Shown here: one piece after another, positions 49,829-57,864 of the stretch
How positions within the stretch are numbered: position 1 is the first letter of the stretch
Layout: every line of letters starts with the position of its first letter
Source of the DNA: an uncultured virus (IMG/VR IMGVR_UViG_3300031370_000004)
Taxonomy: Duplodnaviria; Heunggongvirae; Uroviricota; Caudoviricetes
Virus record (IMG/VR): IMGVR_UViG_3300031370_000004
Location: 1 to 64,000 of that record
DNA length: 64,000 bases
Reading direction: 5' to 3' (one strand)
Translations under genes and position numbers: made by a program
Notes under the pieces: model-generated
What the model was told of the DNA's origin: nothing
Seen by the model: only the letters and a program-made list of their open reading frames with translations
Database searches by the model: none

Positions 49829-51311
49829 GGTAATCAAATCGGCAGTAACAGATCCGCGCTGGCTGGATATGGTGGTGAAGTACCGTTACGACTGGGTGAC
49901 GGCCATTGAAGTGCTCTTCGGTCGCGAGCTGACCTGGCAGCAGATGCTGGTGGTCCAGGAGGCGCAGGAAACGGGTAACTGGGTATCGGTTACATCCGGG
50001 CACGGTACCGGGAAATCTGACGTCACCGGCGCCATGATCCTCTGTTTCCAGATGTTCTACCCGGGCGCCCGTACCATCATCGTGGCCAACAAAATAAAAC
50101 AGGTCATGACCGGCGTTTTCAAATACATGAAAATGCACTGGGCAACAGCCTGCAAGCGCTTTCCATGGCTCGCTGAATACTTTGTACTGACAGATACCTG
50201 CTTTTACGAGATCACCAACAAAGGTGTCTGGGAAGTGGTGCCGAAGGGTTTCCGCCTGGGCAACGAAGAAGCACTAGCCGGTGAGCACGCAGAGCACCTG
50301 TGGTATATCGTCGATGAGGCCTCCGGCGTCAGCGATAAGGCATTTGGTATCATTGAGGGGGCGCTGACGCAGGAAGATAACCGGCTGATGCTGATCTCCC
50401 AGCCGACGCGTCCGAGCGGGCGCTTTTACGATTCGCATCACAGCCTGGCGAAAGGCCCGCACAACCCGAAAGGGCTGTTTACCTCGATCATGCTGAATTC
50501 TGAGGAATCGCCACTGGTCACCCTGAAGGCGATCCGGCAGTTCCTGGCAAAATACGGCGGGCGTAATAACCCGGAATATCAGATTAAGGTGCTGGGGCGG
50601 TTCCCCAAAACCACCAGCGATTATCTACTGGGGCGAGATGAATGCGAGAGCGCCCAGAGGCGCAAGGTACTGCTCCCGAAAGGCTGGGGCTGGGTGGCCT
50701 GCTGCGACGTGGGGAACGGGCGAGACAAGTCCATATTAAGTATTTTCCGGGTGAGCGGCAGCGGCCTGACGCGGCGAGTTGTGCCTTATAAGGTATACGA
50801 AATGGATACCACGATCACGCCGACGAAGTTCGCTGACTTCATTTACGCTAAATGTGACCCTTCTGTATTCCCGAACATCACGATAGTAGTCGATGGTGAC
50901 GGCGTCGGCTCTGCAACAGCTGACAAACTCTATGAGAATTACGGGATCGACGTGCAGCGCATTCGCTGGGGCTTCCCAATGCACAGCAGAAGCGACCGCA
51001 AGCGCTTTGTGAACCAGCGTGCCTACGCGAACATCATGGCGCAGTTCGCCATTCGCCAGGGAAGGATGCGCCTTGACCGGGATGATAAAACGGTCGAGCA
51101 GGCATCGAAGATCCCAATCCTGCTGAATGAGCACGGGCAATGGCTGGTTATGAAGAAAGAAGTGATGCGGCAGAAGCTAAACATCAAGTCGCCGGACCGG
51201 TGGGATACATATTGCTTTGCCATGCTGGCAAACTACGTTCCGGCGAATGAGGTTCTTAGTCAGGATGGCATGCATGAAAGGGACGAAGCGCTGGCGCTGC
51301 TGGCGAGTTAA
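49818..51311 (+). CDS. pacB: Terminase large subunit PacB
   Basis: SGHGTGKS Walker A, IVDEASG Walker B, nuclease DVGNG and SPDRWD. Confidence 0.95.
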   Translation: MAPKVIKSAVTDPRWLDMVVKYRYDWVTAIEVLFGRELTWQQMLVVQEAQETGNWVSVTSGHGTGKSDVTGAMILCFQMFYPGARTIIVANKIKQVMTGVFKYMKMHWATACKRFPWLAEYFVLTDTCFYEITNKGVWEVVPKGFRLGNEEALAGEHAEHLWYIVDEASGVSDKAFGIIEGALTQEDNRLMLISQPTRPSGRFYDSHHSLAKGPHNPKGLFTSIMLNSEESPLVTLKAIRQFLAKYGGRNNPEYQIKVLGRFPKTTSDYLLGRDECESAQRRKVLLPKGWGWVACCDVGNGRDKSILSIFRVSGSGLTRRVVPYKVYEMDTTITPTKFADFIYAKCDPSVFPNITIVVDGDGVGSATADKLYENYGIDVQRIRWGFPMHSRSDRKRFVNQRAYANIMAQFAIRQGRMRLDRDDKTVEQASKIPILLNEHGQWLVMKKEVMRQKLNIKSPDRWDTYCFAMLANYVPANEVLSQDGMHERDEALALLAS

Positions 51312-52144
51312 CTCCCTTCTCGCTTTGATGATGCGGTGCCTGCAACGGCATCCTTCATCATGCGCTTCTGTCGGCTCTTTCGTTCTGATGCTGCTCTTAA
51401 CTGGCGTTTATTTTTTTCACGATATTCCGCCAGGCGATCGCGAACCTTTTCCACCTCTTCGACCAGATACAGCTTCGTGTCTGGCCACATCGCCGTTGGT
51501 ATGCCCTCAATCATGTCATAAGGGCTGGTGGATTCGCGCTCACGCGTGGGTTTCGTAGAAAGTCTCAGCTGGTCGTTATTCACGATAAACAACCCATGGG
51601 AAGAGACGCGCTCCAGCTCCAGCTCGGTGCTGCCCTCATAAGCGATATTGGCGATCGTATCTTTGAACCCCTCACGGCGCATATACATCCGCGCATCGCC
51701 CGGGAAAGTTGATAGCAACTCAATTTCCTTATGCAGCTGCGCACACAGCTCATCGCATTCAGGCTTTGCCCGCGACCGGCGGATCTTCGCCTGCATGGCC
51801 TCAATCACTTTCGATACCGGCCAGTTACGAACGGTAACCGCATCAAGCTCGTACACACGCACTCGCGTGGCACCAGCGATCATTTTTGGATAGGGCTTAA
51901 ATACCTGAGGTGGAATATGCAGATCGGGGAACTCTTCCAGCTTCTCTGCGTAATCAACCCATTTTTGAATTTTGGCGCTGTATGTAGAATGCTCGTCCGG
52001 CTGCAACAGCACAACAGGGCGAAAAACTTCGCCGTACCGGCTTGTAATTTTATATTCAGCTCGATGAAGTGCCTCATCAAGGAATTCCCTTCGAAAGGTC
52101 ATGAATTCCAGATACAGGCGTTCCGCGAGGTTGTAGTCAGTCAT
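51308..52144 (-). CDS. c1: Primary repressor, C1-like
   Basis: [34 protein letters not shown] and WPDTKLY match recalled P1 C1. Convergent with pacB as in P1. Confidence 0.88.
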   Translation of the reverse strand: MTDYNLAERLYLEFMTFRREFLDEALHRAEYKITSRYGEVFRPVVLLQPDEHSTYSAKIQKWVDYAEKLEEFPDLHIPPQVFKPYPKMIAGATRVRVYELDAVTVRNWPVSKVIEAMQAKIRRSRAKPECDELCAQLHKEIELLSTFPGDARMYMRREGFKDTIANIAYEGSTELELERVSSHGLFIVNNDQLRLSTKPTRERESTSPYDMIEGIPTAMWPDTKLYLVEEVEKVRDRLAEYREKNKRQLRAASERKSRQKRMMKDAVAGTASSKREGS

Positions 52145-52307
52145 GTTTTTTCTACCCTGCATGAAGAACGGTATGTAAGTGAGCGATGACAATGTATAAA
52201 AAATATAGTGTTTTTTAAAGCAGTGCACGCCCTTTCAGGGGAGAAAGAGTAAAAAAAGCGCGATCGACCTCGCAGAAAAGTAAGCCGCGCCTAACTGGGG
52301 GGAGAGA

Positions 52308-52532
52308 TCAGGCCAGGATACTGGCGTTAAGCTCTAAACGGGCGAGAAAAGCAGAGATAAGGCAACGTATTGTTTTCAGGAGACTATTTTGCATCTCAGC
52401 CGATTCACGGCGGTATCCATTCACGATCATGATGTGAGAGGAAATGATTAAAACAAACTTACGACTTGATGCTGGTTCTCCGCAGAGTCTATACGCGTCC
52501 TCAACATCCTTCATTGTTACTTCGCGGGCCAA
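52308..52532 (-). CDS. Possible Coi-like C1 inactivator
   Basis: TTG start after GAGGT RBS, immediately upstream of c1 and preceded by an operator. Weak pattern similarity (TxxDV, PA, IxxH, YR, LxxTIxxL) to recalled P1 Coi. Confidence 0.4.
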   Translation of the reverse strand: MAREVTMKDVEDAYRLCGEPASSRKFVLIISSHIMIVNGYRRESAEMQNSLLKTIRCLISAFLARLELNASILA

Positions 52533-52881
52533 TTGCCACCTCACCGATAAATGTTTAGTGCTTATTAAAACTGTATTGCGTCAATTTATATCATTAGGAT
52601 TGCTCTGAATAAATGTAAAAGTTGACACAATAGGCGACTATTTGACCAGTCAGTTTATAAGTGCAACAAAGTCCTCATAGATTGTGAGCTTCGTAGCAAA
52701 ATCAACCCGAAAATAGCGCCGAGATACCAATTATTTAAATTAATCTCTTCGGCACTAACGGGTTAGCCCTTAAGGGATAACAATAATGCCTTCGATTTTC
52801 ATGAATTCGGTCCATAGACAGGGATTATCGCAATCGCGGTGGCTATGGCGCGTTACAAACCGATACAGCACTTATCCACAG

Positions 52882-52915
52882 TCAACTTTATATAATTCCC
52901 ATTATGTATAGTTGA
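52882..52915. other. Candidate lox-type recombination site (13-8-13)
   Basis: TCAACTTTATATA-ATTCCCAT-TATGTATAGTTGA with 11/13 arm symmetry. Lies between c1 and cre as loxP does in P1. Confidence 0.7.
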
Positions 52916-52975
52916 TATTTGAGTGATCACTGTTACATGTTGTCGATATTTAAGACCCGATATTTACTATTACCA

Positions 52976-53299
52976 TCAGTGACTATTAGCGAACGTACTC
53001 TGTTCAGTTTTGTGAAGGTAAATTTCTGTCGCTTTCTCACGGCCAGCATCGGTGAGCGAGAATGCCAGTTGCAGACTCTGGTTGCGGAACTTTTTAAGGT
53101 GACCGGACATCACCAGTTTTCGGCAGGACAAATTGTAGTTGTTCCGGTGCGTGGTAAAACCCTGGGTGTTGTCATTGATCATCTTCAGCAGCCGGGCACC
53201 AGGAACTGGCCCGGTCATGCCTTTCAATTCCAGGGCGTACAAAAGGAAAAGCGTATTTTTTTGAATTTCAGAGAAACGCTGGGCGGGTTTGGTTGCCAT
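52976..53299 (-). CDS. Winged-helix-like hypothetical protein
   Basis: 107 aa, AAGGA RBS, ...FSLTDAGREKA wing motif. Confidence 0.65.
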   Translation of the reverse strand: MATKPAQRFSEIQKNTLFLLYALELKGMTGPVPGARLLKMINDNTQGFTTHRNNYNLSCRKLVMSGHLKKFRNQSLQLAFSLTDAGREKATEIYLHKTEQSTFANSH

Positions 53300-53619
53300 T
53301 TTATATCCTTAATAATTGCCGCAATGATTAACGACACATTACCCCAGATGCGCGTACGTGAAAATTAGAATTTTTCGGGGGCTCTTCTACGCCAGAATTC
53401 ACGTAGCGCACCAAAAAACACGAGCGTAATACGGGAAAAATTTATTACCGCCGCGCGACCGCATACAAAAAACCGCTGAAGTCCCGGCTCAACTGGCCCT
53501 GGCGCTTTCGGCATCATGATGTTTTCAGGCTGGTGGCCCGCTGTTGGGTAAAAACCGCAAAACGAGTTGTTGACTCACAGATCGTCAACGGTGTAGATTC
53601 AATAAACACTAAACATTTA

Positions 53620-54850
53620 GTTACAGCCACAACCCTTCCGAGGGTGCAACAGAAAAGCGCGTTTGGTCTGAAAAGTTAAGCGCCCTTTTCGTTGTAGCGC
53701 GGTGGCTCCTACGCTTCAGCCGGGTGACGTTTCCCGATAGCCGTCTGCGTCCACTGCAATAGTGTGGGCGCACCCGTAAGGCCATTGGATTTTCGGTAAA
53801 GGCATTTTCACCGCCAGCGCCGAACGACAGCGTGTTGGGCATGCATGCGCCAGTGGCCTTTCGGGTGTGAGTAAAAGTTCACGGTGCAAACGTGACGCAA
53901 GACTGGCGAGATTGCTTTTTCCTCTGAGGACGCCAGCGGCCAGGTTGACCAGTCGCCTGAGTGGCCGCGCCGGGTAAGCACCGGCAACTGCAGGACATTG
54001 CGGCTTCTTTGAGAAGCGCCGGACGCGTAACCGGCTGAAATAAAAACTGAGGTGACAGCTGGAGAGACAGCACCACAACCAAAGAGCGCGGGCGTGAAAA
54101 ACTGTACCTACAGGCGGCGGAATTACGGTTCCCGGCCAAGCCGCATAGCTGAGGGGATCGCTCTTTTTGATTGTGGTGAATGCACAGGCTGATGTGCAGC
54201 GGACTTTTAATCCGTGCGGGTACTGGCACAACCAGTCCGAAAGCCGGAGATCGGCACCGGCCACCACAAGCAGTAAAGCCCAGACGATATCTGAGTGGCT
54301 TAAAAAACAGATGGGAGCTGGTGGAAACCCAGCACACAACGGAGTGAATCATTCTTGCCTCTGGTCCGGTTTCGCGACTGGTGGGGGCGGGTAGCCACAC
54401 AAGCCGCAGCGCGAAGCGGCCCGAGTGGAGTTAAGCGCGGGGAACCTTATCGGGGAAGTGAAACCCTGGGGGGATGATTCACCCCGTTGTGGAGAATTGC
54501 AGTTGAAAAGACAACCAGAAGATCAGCATCTGGCCCATAACCACCTGTCACCCACTTCACTGGGTGTCGCCGGACGAAAGTAACCGGCAAAGCCCATTGC
54601 TATTATCACCAAAACTTCCATGAATTGCTGTGTGTAGACGTTGCCCATCCCGTGATGGGCTTTTTTTCTGAATATTTTGAGCTCTGAGCAGTAGCTCCCT
54701 GACAACGGAGCGCACAACCGAAAGCCCGGTCGCGACAAGGTTTTCGGTTGTGGTAATGCACCTAGCGGATGTGACGTTTGATGATGTATTGAAAGAGTGG
54801 ACAGACGTCGGGGCTTGCCCCAGGTGGAGGCACCACCGCCACAACATAAC
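53620..54850 (+). ncRNA. Long structured non-coding RNA region with repeated tRNA-like modules
   Basis: No credible ORF. Promoter TTGACT(53570)-N18-TAGATT with an operator over the start. Four 14-20 bp long-range stems, three cloverleaf-like elements and many 5-bp T-arm-like hairpins. Confidence 0.7.
54643..54667 (+). terminator. Internal rho-independent terminator
   Basis: GCCCATC-CCGT-GATGGGC followed by T7. Confidence 0.75.
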
Positions 54851-54931
54851 CACAGGCACGATCGATAAACGGTGTCCTGGCGTTTAATGCCAATTCACGC
54901 AAAGGCAGACGAACTGCCAGAAGGTGAGCCA

Positions 54932-55132
54932 ATGAGTTATTCACGTTGTACCTACTGCGGCTCAACGCTGCACACCGTAGCGAATTGCCCAAAAACATGG
55001 GGAGGTTCAGCCCGCCGTGCGAACCTGCGCTGCGGTTACTGCGGCAAGTCTGGCCACAATTCTAATGCCTGCCCGTCTAATGCAAGCAGCGGGAACCGTC
55101 GTCGTCTGAATGATGATTACTATCTCGATTAA
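54932..55132 (+). CDS. Double CCHC zinc-knuckle protein
   Basis: CTYCGSTLHTVANC and CGYCGKSGHNSNAC (CX2CX4HX4C twice). Confidence 0.85.
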   Translation: MSYSRCTYCGSTLHTVANCPKTWGGSARRANLRCGYCGKSGHNSNACPSNASSGNRRRLNDDYYLD

Positions 55133-55143
55133 GGGTCATAACT

Positions 55144-55437
55144 ATGAGTGAAGCAATTCCCCAAGATGGCAGCACCGTCAAAGGCTACCGCACGTTAACA
55201 CCAGGCGACATTGAGCGCATGAACCGCCTGAAGGACGTTAGTCGTCACTTTTGCAGTCTTCTCGATACCGAGCGCGAGGAGCTGATGGCTGCACGCAATG
55301 GCCCAGCACTGTTAAGCACAGAGCAGGCGCGCGAGATTGATGACGCCCTGCGCTGCCTGTCGGTCGCACGCACAAAAATGCAGGAAGCCTGTATGTGGGG
55401 CTGTCGTGCTATTGCGCGGCCTGACGCTGATTGTTAG
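55144..55437 (+). CDS. acb2: Acb2-like cyclic-nucleotide sponge (anti-CBASS)
   Basis: KGYRTL...ERMNRLK...ARTKMQEACMWGCRAIARP matches the Acb2 family pattern. Confidence 0.8.
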   Translation: MSEAIPQDGSTVKGYRTLTPGDIERMNRLKDVSRHFCSLLDTEREELMAARNGPALLSTEQAREIDDALRCLSVARTKMQEACMWGCRAIARPDADC

Positions 55438-55486
55438 CCGGTAAGCACCCGGCACCACGCGTTTTCCAACTACCAGGGGCACTAAA

Positions 55487-55927
55487 ATGCAGCAATATGT
55501 GAGCACTAAGATCGTCAATGGCACGCCTATGACGCGTCAGGAGTACATCAATTTACGCGGTTGGACGCTGCCAGAAAACGAGAATGGCGCAGATGAGGGC
55601 TATCTCGTCGAGTATCACGATGGTGGCCAGCCTAATACCGACAGCCACAAAGGCTATATCAGCTGGAGTCCAAAAGACGTTTTTGAGCGTGCCTCTCTCC
55701 CGCTCGGCAATATTGAAGGTCTTGCTCCGCACCACCAGCGTATGCTGGCCGAACGTGCGCAGTTATGCGATCGCATTACCAAGCTAAACGGCTTCATTGG
55801 TACGCGTCAGTTTCTGGATCTCGAACCGTTAGATCAATCCCGCTTGCAGTCGCAACTAAATGTTATGGCACATTATCGGCAGGAACTGGATGAGCGTTTA
55901 TTTGCGCTGAAAAACGAACCAGCCTGA
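55487..55927 (+). CDS. Two-domain phage protein, candidate immune-signal sponge
   Basis: N-domain PMTRQEY...RGW...EGYLVEY...YISWSPKDVFE and helical C-domain HQRMLAE...L..RI.KL..F...QL..M..Y...L..R. Confidence 0.6.
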   Translation: MQQYVSTKIVNGTPMTRQEYINLRGWTLPENENGADEGYLVEYHDGGQPNTDSHKGYISWSPKDVFERASLPLGNIEGLAPHHQRMLAERAQLCDRITKLNGFIGTRQFLDLEPLDQSRLQSQLNVMAHYRQELDERLFALKNEPA

Positions 55928-55955
55928 TCGGTAGGCGGGCACAAGTCAGCAATCA

Positions 55956-56031
55956 GGCCCCTTAACTCAGCGGTGAGAGTAAGCCCCTCATAAGGGCCGA
56001 GTCGCCGGTTCGAATCCGGCAGGGGCCACCA
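55956..56031 (+). tRNA. trnI: tRNA with CAT anticodon, Ile2 (lysidine) type
   Basis: GGCCCCT/AGGGGCC acceptor stem as in ileX, loop CTCATAA, TTCGAAT T-loop, encoded CCA. Confidence 0.92.
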
Positions 56032-56060
56032 TTTCACGTATGTTTTCAACGCCTATATTT

Positions 56061-56088
56061 AAGGCCACCTTCGCCGGTGGCCTTTTTG
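56061..56088 (+). terminator. Rho-independent terminator closing the island
   Basis: AAGGCCACC-N6-GGTGGCCTT followed by T residues. Confidence 0.8.
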
Positions 56089-56178
56089 TTATCTCAAATA
56101 GATAATGACAAACACTAAATATTTACTTATTATTTGCCGGGTGTTATCCAAAATAGATAACCCCGCAAGGAGAGCTGA

Positions 56179-56412
56179 ATGAGCAAAACGATTGATCAGG
56201 TAGCCAAAGAGCATTTTGGCGGCGTACTGTCCGACATGGCCAAGGCAAACGGCGTTACGCGCCAGCTGCTGAGCCGATGGAAAAAGAAAGGTTGGGTGAT
56301 CAGCAACGGAATGATTATGCGCCCCTACCGTCAGCTGGTGGATGCCAATGGCAACGCCATTCACGATGAGCCAGACCAGGAGGCGGGCACCGAAAACAAA
56401 CATAATAATTAG
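56179..56412 (+). CDS. Small Cro-like HTH protein
   Basis: LSDMAKANGVTRQLLSRW, AAGGAG RBS. Confidence 0.7.
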   Translation: MSKTIDQVAKEHFGGVLSDMAKANGVTRQLLSRWKKKGWVISNGMIMRPYRQLVDANGNAIHDEPDQEAGTENKHNN

Positions 56413-56481
56413 CGCGCCAGCTCCGCTATGATGACGGAACACCGGCGCAATTGATTACAGCACATCGCAAGGATATGAGAC

Positions 56482-57531
56482 ATGAACAAGGCTTTGCCCG
56501 CCTCCCCTACCCCCACCAGCAGCGTTTTGGTGCTGCCGGACGATGAAAGGATCGATGCAGATGTTAAACGCAACCTGGCGGCGCTGGTGCGCGATAAAAA
56601 CGCCTTTGCGGATAACACATGGTCAAGCTTTGAGTCTGTCATAAGCTTGTGGGCGCGCTGGTGTGCCGATAAGAAACTCCAGTGGCTCCCGATCGAAGCT
56701 GAATGCATGCGCGAGTATCTGATGGAGATGCACACAAACGGGCTGTCTGTCGCCACCGTTCGCCAGCACTACTCCATGATGTGCAAACTGCACAGGCATG
56801 CCGGGCTCCCTTCCCTCGTTGATAATCCCGCCGTCAATCTGGCCATGAAGAATATCACCCGCACCGCCGTTCAGGGTGGCGAACGGACCGGGCAGGCGAT
56901 CCCTTTCCGTTTGCGCGACCTCCACCAGCTGGCGCAGGCATACGGCATGTCTAAGGACCTGGCGGATAAGCGAGACCTGGCGTTTCTTTCCGTGGCCTAT
57001 AACACGCTGTTGCGTATTTCGGAGTTAAGCCGCGTGACGCTGCGGGACGTCGAAAACGGGCCAGACGGACGCTATGTGCTGCGTATTGGTTACACTAAAA
57101 CGACGCTCACCCCTGACGGCGTGGTGCGTACGCTGAGTAAAGACGTTTCAAGGAGGCTGAAAAACTGGATCGATGCTTCCGGCATCACCGACCAGGATCA
57201 ATACATTTTCTGTCCGGTAGACCGCTGGGGTAAGCCACGTCTTAAAGCCAAATCCCCCTTAACGAATGCTGCGATGGAGAAGATTTTCTCACGCGCCTGG
57301 CGGATGATCCGCGGCCTGCCGGGCGAGCCTGATGATAAGGGCCGGTATGCGGTCTGGACGGGCCATAGTGCCCGGGTAGGCGCAGCACAGGATATGACGG
57401 CGTCGGGGAGTTCCCTGGCGAACGTCATGAAGCAAGGCGGCTGGAAACGCGTCGATATGGTGATGCGCTACATCCGCAACCTGGAAGATGCAGACAATGA
57501 TCTCAACAGGATGTTAGAGGGCGACAGGTAG
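56482..57531 (+). CDS. cre: Cre-family tyrosine recombinase
   Basis: AFADNTW, GERTGQAIPF, AYNTLLRISE, TKT, WTGHSARVGAAQDM and GGW...VMRYIRNL motifs. Confidence 0.95.
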   Translation: MNKALPASPTPTSSVLVLPDDERIDADVKRNLAALVRDKNAFADNTWSSFESVISLWARWCADKKLQWLPIEAECMREYLMEMHTNGLSVATVRQHYSMMCKLHRHAGLPSLVDNPAVNLAMKNITRTAVQGGERTGQAIPFRLRDLHQLAQAYGMSKDLADKRDLAFLSVAYNTLLRISELSRVTLRDVENGPDGRYVLRIGYTKTTLTPDGVVRTLSKDVSRRLKNWIDASGITDQDQYIFCPVDRWGKPRLKAKSPLTNAAMEKIFSRAWRMIRGLPGEPDDKGRYAVWTGHSARVGAAQDMTASGSSLANVMKQGGWKRVDMVMRYIRNLEDADNDLNRMLEGDR

Positions 57532-57563
57532 CCCGCACCATACTATCAATCTAAGGAGCAACC

Positions 57564-57848
57564 ATGAAAATCACTGAGCTACGCCTCAGCACGTTAAGGG
57601 CAATCGAGGTCCATAAAGAGAGCAAAACGGCGGCGGAACTGGTGCCGTTGATCCAAAGGCCAAACGACAAAATCACGTACATGCATGCGGTCTATCGCTG
57701 CGTGCGTGACCTCATTAGCGGCGGTGCGCTGGTGGAGGAAAAGGACATCCTAAAGCTCACGGAGCTGGGCCACGACATGCTGGACCAGGCACAAAAGAAG
57801 ACAGACCCCGACCCTATTTTTTTTGTGCCGATAAAACCGAAAAAATAA
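57564..57848 (+). CDS. Winged-helix-like hypothetical protein
   Basis: AAGGAG RBS, ...LKLTELGHDML motif. Confidence 0.65.
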   Translation: MKITELRLSTLRAIEVHKESKTAAELVPLIQRPNDKITYMHAVYRCVRDLISGGALVEEKDILKLTELGHDMLDQAQKKTDPDPIFFVPIKPKK

Positions 57849-57864
57849 ACACTAAATTTATATT

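Noticed and set aside
52764..52788. Partial I-SceI-like sequence (AGGGATAACA) suggesting engineering
   Set aside because: Only a 10-nt partial match, with no other vector features.
54188..54245. Hammerhead ribozyme (CTGATG...CGAAA)
   Set aside because: The core reads CTGATGT rather than CTGANGA, and the stems do not fit hammerhead topology.
54171..54269. Canonical tRNA-Lys gene or P1 C4 antisense RNA
   Set aside because: No TTC T-loop, canonical D-loop or 3' CCA. No resemblance to recalled C4 and no icd/ant genes nearby. Kept as a tRNA mimic.
53621..54998. Several ORFs (e.g. 53716-54339, 53879-54400) across the structured region
   Set aside because: No RBS, atypical composition, mutually overlapping and mostly antisense to the promoter. 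RNA structure explains the region better.
56138..56165. Inverted repeat near cre as the lox site
   Set aside because: Arms are short and imperfect and lack 13-8-13 geometry. 52882-52915 fits better.
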